Positions 43,650-56,093 of a DNA stretch of 64,000 bases are shown here, one piece after another. Under the pieces are notes generated by a model. That model was not told the DNA's origin, made no database searches, and was given only the letters and a program-made list of their open reading frames with translations. The position numbers and the translations under genes are program-made. Positions within the stretch are counted from its first letter, which is position 1. Each line of letters starts with the position of its first letter. Source of the stretch: Octopus sinensis (Eukaryota); the NCBI RefSeq assembly GCF_006345805.1, contig NC_043010.1, positions 38,998,001 to 39,062,000 on the forward strand. The letters are read 5' to 3'.

Positions 43650-44460
43650 TTCTTTTAATTTTTCCCTTCTTCCATTTTTTCTTTCTAAATTTTGGTTAAT
43701 TCTTTTCATTATTTTCCTTTCAGTTTCCTTTCCTTTTGGGTTGAAGAGGCTGAAGCCTTCTCCACCACATCCGCCTCTCTCTTTCACCGGATAGGGAGGT
43801 GACATCCAATGACTGTTCCAGGAATTTACAATTGTCCTGGGACAGTACTTTTTAATTTGGCCTGGCTACAGGCACGATTGACACAATTGGGGGGGACGTC
43901 CCTCAAGTATCACCGGATACCTGCAGCCAGCCATTTAAAAAAAATCTGGAAAAAGCAGATCTATTCTGGCCGATGGGGTCCACAGGGTCAAAATCGCTTT
44001 TGACACTTCCCAATCGACCGCCGGCACTGCTCCTTCATTTAAGAGCCTGGGCCCGCTATCCCCCAGTCTCCGTCGGTTGGTATCTGCAATCTAACCTGCC
44101 TCGGTTCCTTGGCCAAACCCACATACCCAGGCTCTTAATTTCCTCCCGCATTGCGACGGGAGGAACAGAATTTCGAGGCCATCGGCTCTAGCTAGCTATG
44201 TTTTACACGAACCTGTGTATATTATAACCTTCGAACATGGGAGGTCAGCCGCTTCCTCTTGCTGGTCAGCCATCTGCAGACTAGTTTGAGGGCATTTTCC
44301 CCTTATCAATGCAGAGCACCCGAACCCAGCAGGCGTCGCTACTGACCGTCTGTTCGAAGGATTATTTACCTAAATTCAGTGAAATACATCCCTGTGCGAA
44401 GGTTATAATGGACACAGCTTCGTGTGTCACATATGTAGTTAGAGGCGATGGCCTCTTGGA
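43650..44460 (-). mobile_element. Probable Tx1/L1-like ORF1 (gag-like) remnant
   Basis: GC-rich; minus-strand VILEGRPPNC...G(Q)IKKYCP resembles a frameshifted CCHC knuckle; old inverted duplication 44175-44237/44394-44455. Confidence 0.5.
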
Positions 44461-45024
44461 GCTAATCAACGGCAGCATTCGTCATATATTTCTGGACTGC
44501 CATATTAGCTTGGCGATAACTATTAATATGTTACAGTATTGTTGCTTCTTAAATAATTTATAGAAACATTTCAAATAAACGACGACCACATTAAAATATT
44601 TTGAAGCCAACTAACAGAAACGAGCATTATATTAACAATAGAAATTAATATATCATGTATACATACTTACATACAATTATATATTTGCGTGTGTGTGTGT
44701 GTGCTAGTGTGTATATATTTATATATACGGGCGTATTTTGTGTGCATATATGCATCTAAATATATAGAAAAACATTAAACAGACTTGAAAAATTACAATT
44801 ATTAGATTGAAATATGAATAATACATATCGCTTGCCTAAAATTTCAAGTTAAAATTAATTTAAAAGGAATATAAAACGCTAGTGAAGAAGGTTGTTCATT
44901 GCTGTAGCGCATACGATTGGGAAAAAATGAAGGAAAGCATGAAGAGAAAAGAAGGAGAGGAGGTATTTATTAGAATTCGAAAGAATCTAATGCAAAATCG
45001 GTAGAGACAGTATATATATATATT

Positions 45025-45057
<33 letters not shown>

Positions 45058-45140
45058 CTATACACGTATATATATATATATATTATGTATACACGTATTT
45101 ATATATATATATATATATATATAATATGTATGTATGCACG

Positions 45141-45189
<49 letters not shown>

Positions 45190-45193
45190 ACAC

Positions 45194-45240
<47 letters not shown>

Positions 45241-46037
45241 CACGTATTTACATATATATATATATATATAATGTGTGTGTGTGTGTGTGTGTGTATGGAT
45301 GTGTGTGTGTAGGAAGAAGAAAGAAAGCAGGAGGAGAGGAAAGAAATAGGTGATGGGGATAATGAAGGAGTTGTGAAAGTTTTCAGAATGTAGGGGAAAT
45401 AGATTGTAATTAGAAGTCGAAGCAGTAAAAATCAAGTGGGAAGATGGAGAATTATATGACAAGGAAGGTGTGAAATTAGGTTATACAGGCACCATATTGA
45501 GTAAGAAATAGCGATAGCATTAGATGAGTTTCGAGGAAGAGAAAGACAATGGGAATTCAGCCAAGAAGTGCAAACGCGCGTCTGTATGGAGAGTGTGTGT
45601 GTGTGTGTTTATGTGCATGCGAGATAGACAAATAAAAAGGGACAGAAAGATAGAGAGAAGAAGAGGAAGAAGAAAAAGAAGAAAAAGGAGAGAGAGAGAG
45701 AGAGAGGAGAGTATCTGGCACTACGTGTATTATTTATTTAAAATGTTAAAAATCAATATTTGTAAGAAAGATCATTTAAAACTTTTTGTATAGAAATATG
45801 AACTGCATAATGATCAATGGAAATTTTAGAGCACCTCCAACGTTATTAAAATCTCTCTTCTCTCTATCTGTTTCTCTCTCTCTCTCTCTATATATATATT
45901 ATATATATATATACATCTGTAGTTTATATTATCAAACAAGAATGTTGTTAACAGTCACTGTCAAACAACATTCTTGAATAAGAATAATAAAGTAACCTAT
46001 CAGATTCATGTGAAATTGTTTTTATTATAATATATAT

Positions 46038-46074
<37 letters not shown>

Positions 46075-46354
46075 CAATTGAGGGCAAAATTAATTAATTA
46101 TTAATCAATTTCACCAAGTGTTCAGTATGCAAAGGGACCATTCAAGGCGAATTCAAATTATTACATTATATAAAAGGGCTTAGTAAAATAAATTACTTGC
46201 CGCATACTGAACTCATTAGAAATAGCAGCTAAAAAACTTTTTTAAAGCTATTTCTAATACTTAAAGAAAATCTCTCTCATATATAGTGTTGCTTAATTCA
46301 ACTCACAAAAGTTTGGGGGTAAGGACATCGAAAAATCAAATGCTAAGGTTATTT

Positions 46355-46404
46355 GAGAACGTACGTTTCAAGATTAGTCAAAACAACACTTCTATCATCA
46401 GCTC
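46355..46404 (-). ncRNA. Type-I hammerhead ribozyme (array copy 1)
   Basis: rc gag-CTGATGA-tagaagtgttgttttgactaatctt-GAAA-cgtacg-TT-ctc. Confidence 0.75.
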
Positions 46405-46749
46405 AGAAATTCTTGGTTTGGATTTGGAAACACTGAAAATAAGAACATACCCTTTCGAAGATCTGCTCGTAACTAACAGTGCCAACAAATTCAAATAAGC
46501 AAGCGAAGAATCTCTGTTCTCCCCTTTCCACCAGCGTGGGTTAAAATCATCAAACACTATGCTTATTTCGGTAAAATCCGAAGCATTAATCAGAGGGAGA
46601 TTAATTATAATTTCAACAATTGAGGGCAAAATTAATTAATTATTAATCAATTTCACCAAGTGTTCAGTATGCAAAGGGACCATTCAAGGCGAATTCAAAT
46701 TATTATGTTCTTATTTTCAGTGTTTCCAAATCCAAACCAAGGAATTTCT

Positions 46750-46803
46750 GAGCTGACTGATGATAGAAGTGTTGTTTTGACTAATCTTGAAACGTACGTC
46801 TCA
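46750..46803 (+). ncRNA. Type-I hammerhead ribozyme (array copy 2; 4-nt ctga duplication and 1-nt difference)
   Basis: gagctga-CTGATGA-...-GAAA-cgtacg-TC-tc; the indels may be consensus errors. Confidence 0.6.
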
Positions 46804-47294
46804 AATAACTTAGCATTTGATTTTTCGATGTCCTTACCCCCAAACTTTTGTGAGTTGAATTAAGCAAACACTATATATGAGAGAGATTTTCTTTAAGTAT
46901 TAGAAATAGCTTTAAAAAAGTTTTTTAGCTGCTATTTCTAATGAGTTCAGTATGCGGCAAAGTAATTTATTTTACTAAGCCCTTTTATATAATGTAATAA
47001 TTTGAATTCGCCTGAATGGTCCTTTGCATACTGAACACTTGGTGAAATTGATTAATAATTAATTAATTTTGCCCTCAATTGTTGAAATTATAATTAATCT
47101 CCCTCTGATTAATGCTTCGGATTTTACCGAAATAAGCATAGTGTTTGATGATTTTAACCCACGCTGGTGGAAAGGGGAGAACAGAGATTCTTCGCTTGCT
47201 TATTTGAATTTGTTGGCACTGTTAGTTACGAGCAGATCTTCGAAAGGGTATGTTCTTATTTTCAGTGTTTCCAAATCCAAACCAAGGAATTTCT

Positions 47295-47344
47295 GAGCTG
47301 ATGATAGAAGTGTTGTTTTGACTAATCTTGAAACGTACGTTCTC
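47295..47344 (+). ncRNA. Type-I hammerhead ribozyme (array copy 3)
   Basis: Stem I (t)gag/ctc(a); CTGATGA; stem II aga/tct + agt/act with a U-U closing mismatch; GAAA; palindromic stem III aacgtacgtt; GUU triplet. Confidence 0.75.
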
Positions 47345-47579
47345 AAATAACCTTAGCATTTGATTTTTCGATGTCCTTACCCCCAAACTTTTGTGAGTTG
47401 AATAAGCAAACACTATATATGAGAGAGATTTTCTTTAAGTATTAGAAATAGCTTTAAAAAAGTTTTTTAGCTGCTATTTCTAATGAGTTCATGTAATGCG
47501 GCAAAGTAATTTATTTTACTAAGCCCTTTTATATATATATATAATATATATATAATAATATAATATATTATTTACATTA

Positions 47580-47835
47580 TTTACATTTGACGGATATTTG
47601 TTCTGATCTTGTTTGTTGTTAACAATGTTTCGGCTGCGTTGGGGAAATTTCGAACCTGGGTTCTCATTCCTAAGGTATGTTTCGATGTTGCTGTTATGAT
47701 GATGATAATAATAATAATAATAATGATAATAATAATAATAATTATTATTATTATTCAGATCGCTGCCTGGAATCGAACTAGGAATTGGGGTTAGTAGCCC
47801 GCGCTCTTAATCACTACGCCATATGCCCGTGGGCA
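47580..47835 (-). mobile_element. tRNA-headed SINE with internal (TAA)n
   Basis: rc tggcgtagtgattaagagcgcgggctactaaccccaattcctagttcgattccagg (A and B boxes); acceptor stem not intact. Confidence 0.7.
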
Positions 47836-48249
47836 TAAGGAATCTGTTCACATATGAGTGTATGATGGATTTGATGATGCAAGCATAACAGATACAAAGT
47901 CTGCCGCACATTTTTAAGTCTTAGTCAGTCTAGATAAATCTCTTCTGTATCTCAAGCATAATTTAAGCATTCACATTCATTAATTTAACTTGAGAGACTA
48001 GAAATGCACTCCCAGAGGCATGGCTGCCAAGATTCACAAAATAATCCACTACATGGTTTCTTAGAACCTTGTATACTTAGTTTCTCAATGTCTTTTCCCG
48101 AAGCAGATGTAACATTCATCTTAGTATTCTTGCTTCTTCTTTTTTTCAAAATTTCTAGAAGCATTACTAAAACTGGGGAAGACGCTTTTATTTTTTTGAA
48201 CTAACTTTCTTAGTAATCCAGCAGATAGCAATTGCCTTTATACAATACA

Positions 48250-48625
48250 TCTTTTGGGGGAGGGGCCCAGTAGATTAGATAGACACCAGTACGCAACTGG
48301 TACTTAATTCATCGATCCCGAAAGGATGCAAGGCGAAGTCGACCTCAGCGGAATTTGAACTCAGAACAAAATACTGCTAAGACAAACGAAATACCTATTT
48401 CTTTACTACCCGCAAGGAGCTAAACACAGAGAGGACAAACAAGGACAGACAAACGGATTAAGTCGATTATATCGACCCCAGTGCGTAACTTGTGCTTAAT
48501 TTATCGACCCCAAAATGATGCAAGGCAAAGTCGATCTCAGCGGAATTTGAACTCGGAACGTAACGGAAAACGAAATACCGCTAAGCATTTCGCCCAGCGA
48601 ACTAACGTTTCTGCCAGCCGCCGCC
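48250..48625 (-). mobile_element. Dimeric family C SINE
   Basis: Same two-unit layout and junction (acgaa.tacctatttctttac) as 2742-3145. Confidence 0.85.
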
Positions 48626-48834
48626 TTAGAAAGGAATTGATGGCACTCCGTCGGTTACGACGACGAGGGTTCCAGTTGATCTGATTAACAGAACAGCCCA
48701 CTCTTGAAATTAACGTGCAAGTGCCTGAGCACTCCACAGACACGTGTACCCTTAACGTAGTTCTCTGGAAGAATTAAGTGTGACATGACTGATCCTTTGA
48801 AATACAGGTAAAACAGGAAGAAACAGTGAACAGT

Positions 48835-49012
48835 GAGAGAGAAAGCTGTGGTGAAAAAGTACATTACGGTTCGCCCCCCCCCCACTGCCGGAGCCTCGTG
48901 GAATTTAGGTGTTTTCACTCAATAAACACTCAAAACGCCCTGTCTGGGAATCGAATACTCAATCCTACGACTGCGAGTCCACTGCCCTAACCACTGGGCC
49001 ATTGCGCCTCCA
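48835..49012 (-). mobile_element. Family D SINE 5' half
   Basis: Reverse complement of 21094-21260. Confidence 0.85.
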
Positions 49013-49541
49013 CAGAAACAATTGCATTATATAAAAAAAAAAATGAATGTGTCGTCTTCTATAATTGCTACTGAGTGAAGTAGTACGTTTAAATTTGATA
49101 TTCCTGATGTTGATGCTGGTGACTTCGCATTGAAACAAGTACCTTGTACTGATTCTCTGTTTGAGGAATTGAATTTTGTGATAAATTTCATTAAGTTCTT
49201 CAATAACATATGTTCCTTTCATGAATATGATTAGGAAGAATATATGTATACACACACACTCTCACACACACACACACACACTCACACTCACACACACTCA
49301 CACACACACACCCGTGCGTGTGGTATCCCCATATTTATTACGACTTCAACCTCATGGTATGCAACATCAAGTATGTGCCTATTAGTTCCAGGGTATATAT
49401 ATATATATATGTATGTATATATACATACACACTTACCTATCTATCTATCTATCTATCTATCTATATATATATATCCATATATATATCTATATATCTATAT
49501 ATCTATATCTATCTATATCTATCTATATATCTATCTATCTC

Positions 49542-49573
<32 letters not shown>

Positions 49574-49623
49574 TATATCTATATATATATATATATATAT
49601 ATAATATATTATAATATATATAT

Positions 49624-49670
<47 letters not shown>

Positions 49671-50300
49671 AATATATTATATATTATATATATATATATT
49701 AAAACTTCCGTAAGAAGAAGTAAGAAGAGACCATGAAAGAGAGTAAATGAAATGAGTGTCAGAGAAAAAAAGAAAAGCGATATAAATTGTGGATGAAGAA
49801 AGTTAATAAGATTACTGTGATGTCTATTTTTTTTATTATAGAAATATTTCTTCATGTAGTAAACAATTATTTTATCGTAACTGGTTGCACGGCAGGCTTC
49901 TCTCTTTCACTATATTTCTGTAGTTGGAACATTTGCTCCGAAATCTATTTGAATGCAACATATGTTTGTAACATTTTCACGGCTTTATTCAATGTAATTC
50001 GCTAAAATCATTAGTTAAATTCTATATAGCAATGCTTTTTTCAAGTTGATGGCTCAAAGCATTGGAAGCCTTATACATACAAAATGTATTTTCCTTTTTC
50101 AGATGTTAACGAAATTACTTCATTGCTTTTCGAATCGGACTGTCTATAAATGAGGAAGAAAAGATATTTCAGCGATTGAGAGATATAGTTGTTTTTCGGG
50201 TATATGGTGTAGAATAAATCCCGGAATCTTGTCACATTTATTCTAGACTTATCTCATACAAATAGAGACACATATCTATCAATCATCTATCAATCAGTCA

Positions 50301-50355
<55 letters not shown>

Positions 50356-51426
50356 AATTAACTTCTCAGTCAGCTTGTGTGTCTGTCTCCCTGTTTATTT
50401 GTGTGTGTGCGTGTGTGTGTATGTGTACATGCACACATACACACACATACACACATACGCGCACACACAAAAGAATAAACATATGCATCTGTGTAATATA
50501 TGCACTACAGTAGTCTCAAACGTTTATTTGCACCCGAAATAGTATATCAAAATTTTCTTGTGGAATTTGCTCTCCAGGAAAACATTAATTGTAATTATAC
50601 AAAGCACTAGCTTAGGGAGAGAGACTTGTTCAGGAAATTTGAAATTGCGTGTAAGAAATTCCTATCTTTCCACCTATCGTTTTTCTATTGCTGAACAATT
50701 AACAATCTAGTATAGAATAAAAAAAAACAAAACAAATAAGGTATGCCTTTTAAACTACGAAAAAATTTTGCTTTATAAGAAACGTCTATCTCGACAGATT
50801 TGCCACAAGTTAAACCGTGCTTATAATTACAAAGGAAGATGAAATATTACTCTACATGGCTATCAACGAAAAAGAACTTTAGAAACATTCACAATATTTC
50901 ATTGTTTAGAAAGATTTAAATGCGGATGTTCTGTACACCTTCTTTAATCTTTGATGTAAATTCCTACCTTTCATGTCGGACACAACATAACTTAAACTAC
51001 AAAAGATTTTCTGTTCAGTAATATTTTAATCAAGCAAGAATGCCAGTCTCATGTAACACAATAAAACATCCACGAATGATAAAAACGATAGAAGTTACGA
51101 AAGTATCTTCAAACAGGAAAACCTGACCCGAATACATCCAACGGAGTAGGGATCAAGGCACCCGCAGTGAGATGTAGAGTGGTAAGGTGTCTAACCCAGG
51201 TGACAAATTAAGTTTATTTCTCAAGTGAGTTATAGAACACTTTCAACGCCGAGAGCATCAAACCGAAAGTTTGTAATTTTCACTCAATCCAATACATTGT
51301 GTTGGTACGTACTTATCGACGTCCGAAAGTTGAAAACGTAATGCTGATCAGAATCAGCAATTACCGAAAAACATTCTGGTCGCAGCTCTCACGACTCATC
51401 AAATTTGACGCCTACCCAGTATATAT

Positions 51427-51481
<55 letters not shown>

Positions 51482-52292
51482 GTTTTATTTATATTCCTGA
51501 GCGCCATACTAATACAATTATTTGTTTGTATTCCACCTGCCTTCGTCTTTTGTTTATTTTCATAAAGCTTCCCGTTATATATAATATATATATATATTAT
51601 ATATATATATATATAATATATATATATATAATAGATAGATAGATAGATAGATACGTGAAAAAGAAATCATACAGAAAATCATGTCCATAATGTATGCATG
51701 CATTCATGTACGCATATATGTATAAAGAACTGTAAATTAGAAACTAAACCCTCAGCAGTGTCATTATGCCCCACAATAAAGAGGATACCGATGTACCTGA
51801 CCTGGGCGCTCGTCAGAGGATCAAATGTCCTCTAGCATGTTATAGTAATTTATAATACACACGGAATTCATATATACATTATGAGAGGATTCACACACAC
51901 ACGCGCACACACACATGCACACGCACACACACGCACGCACACACGCACACACACACAAACATATATATTCAGGTCTGTGTTCGTATGAATTTTGCATTGA
52001 ATTAATATGAAATTCCTATATTCCAAGCCTTCAATCTATCTCAAAACCTTTTTGACTCTTATTTGACGTTTATACACTCCCAACCTCCCAACATAATTTA
52101 TCTAATCCCCTTTCCTTATTCCTATATTCTTTCTATCTATCAATGGCATAGTATATGTATGTATAAGACACACAGGAGTACACACAAATAAACACATATT
52201 GGCAATTACATAACGATAAAAATACATAAATACATATATTCAGACATTCATATATCTATATGTGTGTGTGTGTGTATGTATGTGTCTATATA

Positions 52293-52362
<70 letters not shown>

Positions 52363-52370
52363 GTGTGTTG

Positions 52371-52428
<58 letters not shown>

Positions 52429-52815
52429 CTTGCGTGTATATTTGTAGGCCAAAAGACATAGTGTATATATGAATGTATTATATGTAAAAGAATGCAGGCT
52501 ATAACGATAAAGGTTGAGAATGGAACAATGAGATGAAAGAGTATAAGGAACATACAAGAACATGCAAGAAATAGAGTTGGAAAAAAAGAACCCCAAAATG
52601 TATAAGCCACATATGAATGAGTTGGGAACGAATTCAGGAAGATAGATTTAGAGATATCAAAGGAAATTAATGTATGCGAAGAAAGACGAAAAGGGCAGAT
52701 AAGGAAATAGCAATAGCATCAATGAAGAATGGAGGCGGAATAAGGGAATTCAAAAATGGGGAACAAACTATATATATATATATATATATGGATACATAGG
52801 TGTATGTATATACAG

Positions 52816-53230
52816 GAGTGGCTGTGTGGTAAGTAGCTTGCTAACCAACCACATGGCTCTGGGTTCAGTCCCACTGCGTGGCATCTTGGGCAAGTGTCTT
52901 CTGCTATAGCCCCGGGCCGACCAATGCCTTGTGAGTGGATTTGGTAGACGGAAACTGAAAGAAGCCTGTCGTATATATATGTGTGTGTGTGTGTGGGGGG
53001 GGTCTGTTTGTCCCCCTGGCATTGCTTGACAACCGATGCTGGTGTGTTTACGTCCCCGTCACTTAGCGGTTCGGCAAAAAGAGACCGATAGAAAGAGACC
53101 GATAGAATAAGTACTGGGCTTACAAAGAATAAGTCCCGGGGTCGATTTGCTCGACTAAAGGCGGTGCTCCAGCATGGCCGCAGTCAAATGACTGAAACAA
53201 GTAAAAGAGTAAAAGAGTAAAAGAGTAAAG
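52816..53230 (+). mobile_element. Full-length family A SINE with (GTAAAAGA)n tail
   Basis: Near-identical to 34143-34542. Confidence 0.95.
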
Positions 53231-53261
<31 letters not shown>

Positions 53262-53554
53262 TTATTTCCAAAAAAAGAAGTTTGAAACGCCTCTGTATAT
53301 GATAAATTTTAATTTTCTTAGAGCTTTTATGTTTCGGTTCTTCTTGAAAAAAAAACGAACCTAATCAAAAATAACACCCTGGACCAAGATCATTAAAGCA
53401 TAAATTGGATATTCACAAACAAAAAAAGGAATTCTACAAGTCCAACCACAACTACCCCTACCACCACGATCACAACTACCACTGCAAACAATGGTCTCTG
53501 CTAATGCTGCTATTACAGCCGACGGTCACTACTACTACCACTACAACTACTACA

Positions 53555-53589
<35 letters not shown>

Positions 53590-53689
53590 AGTATTAATAA
53601 AATAGATGGAATGTGTAATAAACTTTATAGGGTAGAACAAATGTTTCAACCCGTTCTGGGTCTACTCAGGTACATCAGTAAAAAGTCAC

Positions 53690-54065
53690 ACAATGTATGT
53701 ATTATCAGAATGAAGGATAACAGGATCCCTAAGCAGCTGCTATATGGGGATCTTGTGAATACAAAGAGACCCCGGAAGACACTAAGGCTGCGATTTAAGG
53801 ACTGTGTCAAGACCTCATTAAAGTCCTGTGATAGTCCTACAAGAGATTGACTGGGAGAGCAATGCCTGACACTGACGGAGCAGGTATTCTGCATGAAGAA
53901 CTTAAGCGTGCTGCTCGAAAGCTCACTGCTGGTTTGCAATGTATGCAGTCGCGTATGCTTGTCAAGAGCAGGGCTCATTATCCACCAAAGGAGCCTCAAA
54001 TGCAAAATATAAGCTAGTCCTCGAGCGTACAATGTTCCTGAAGGTCAGCAATGACCTCTCTCCGT
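53690..54065 (+). mobile_element. RTE (BovB-like) LINE 3' end
   Basis: RMKDNRIPKQLLYGDLVNTKRPRKTLRLRFKDCVKTSLK and a terminal C2H2-like motif LVCNVCSRVCLSRAGLIIHQRS. Confidence 0.85.
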
Positions 54066-54114
54066 CACGAGTGGACGGCCATCATATATGTGTGTGTGTG
54101 TGTATTTGCATGTT

Positions 54115-54180
<66 letters not shown>

Positions 54181-54414
54181 GCTTTATTCGTTCGCTACCT
54201 TATCTCCCTTTTCTCTTTCCCTGTCACTCATTGCACTTCCTGTGTGTCTCACTCTTGTCTTAATTTCTTTGAATGTAAGTTTGAATATAGATCCTCAGAT
54301 ATATAGAGAGATAGATAGGTGTATATGGATGCATAGACTTACGTATATGTACATACACCTATGTATATGGATACATAGGTGTATGTATATATATATATAT
54401 ATATAAATATATAT

Positions 54415-54454
<40 letters not shown>

Positions 54455-55370
54455 TATATGTATGGGTGTGCATGTGGGTTTCGTCTATGCGTGTGAGTAT
54501 GTGTATACATTAAAATGGCTCGCTCGAACTCGGTGAGAAATGAAAATAGGGGTTATAGCAGGCCTGAATGAAGAACTGCAAACTAAATAAACGACGACGA
54601 AGAAGAAGAAGATGAAGACAAAGAGGGAGGAGGAGGAGAACGAGAATGAGAAGTAGGAAAGGAGATGAAGGAGGAGAAGAAGAAGAAGAAGGAGCAAGTG
54701 CGAAAGAAAAAGACGAGGAGGAGTGGAAGAAATACGATAGAGAAAAATACGCAGAAGGAAATAAGCATCAACATATGAAGAATAAAAAAGATGGGGAATG
54801 ATTATAAACAAGGAAGGAATTGGAAGGAGTAAAAGGAAGAATACAGAGAATTAGGAATAAAATCAAAATGGGAGGAAAAATTTCTCCCATTTTGCACCAT
54901 TTTTTTTTTATGTTGGTAGAACGGTAAAAATCGAAGGCAAGTTTGGTTCTAATAATTTTATGGAATCAACTCAAGATAAAACGAAATACAAAGTAACCCC
55001 CCCCCCGCCAATGAAGATTATGTGCATTTAACGGAATACTTACGTTGCTATATCAATGGCATAATAACTATTATTTTTGATAAATACAACCAGAGAAACG
55101 TAATGTCAAATTGTATATATGGGAATTTCATAGGGGAATTGGCATCAATCCAACCCAAAACGGAACAATGCAGCAGAGCAAAAAAGAAAAAAATTATATA
55201 TATGTATATATAGAGAGAAATATGTAAAGGTAAGCTCCAAGGATCGAATCCTCAACGAGGTAACACGATACACCCCAACGACAATGTAATTTCATACAAT
55301 CAAGATATACGCGTTTAGATAATTTACCACTTCTGAGGCTCAGCCAACTATGAAACATATGTAATCCGGA

Positions 55371-55711
<341 letters not shown>

Positions 55712-56023
55712 CATTCTATTGTATGTATGTATGTATGTATGTATGTATGTACGTATGTATGTATGTATGTATGTACGTACGAAAGCGCCAGCACGTGCAC
55801 AAATCTACGCACAGATAAATTCATGTAGATAGCTAGCTATATATACATATATATATAAATTTACATCTAATATAGGTTAAAAAATTTTCGAAAAAAATTC
55901 TATCAATGGCCAGCATATTAAAAAATACCTTTTAAGGTTAAATTAATAAACGACTTGTTATAAGTTGTATATATATATATACATATGTACGTATATATAT
56001 ATCCATATATCGATATAAAAATG

Positions 56024-56093
<70 letters not shown>

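Larger units (their letters stand above)
46070..47530. repeat. ~545-bp unit in tandem and inverted: 1.17 units (46070-46705) joined to 1.5 units in the opposite orientation (46704-47530)
   Basis: tcaacaattgagggc recurs at 46071 and 46613; the right arm is the near-identical reverse complement; junction at a 'ta' microhomology. Confidence 0.95.

Noticed and set aside
46378-47296. Duplicated ORF MPSIVEIIINLPL...
   Set aside because: Occurs twice only because of the inverted repeat; no GIY-YIG or RT motif
47755-47835. Possible tRNA gene
   Set aside because: Incomplete cloverleaf and continuous with a repeat body; treated as a SINE head
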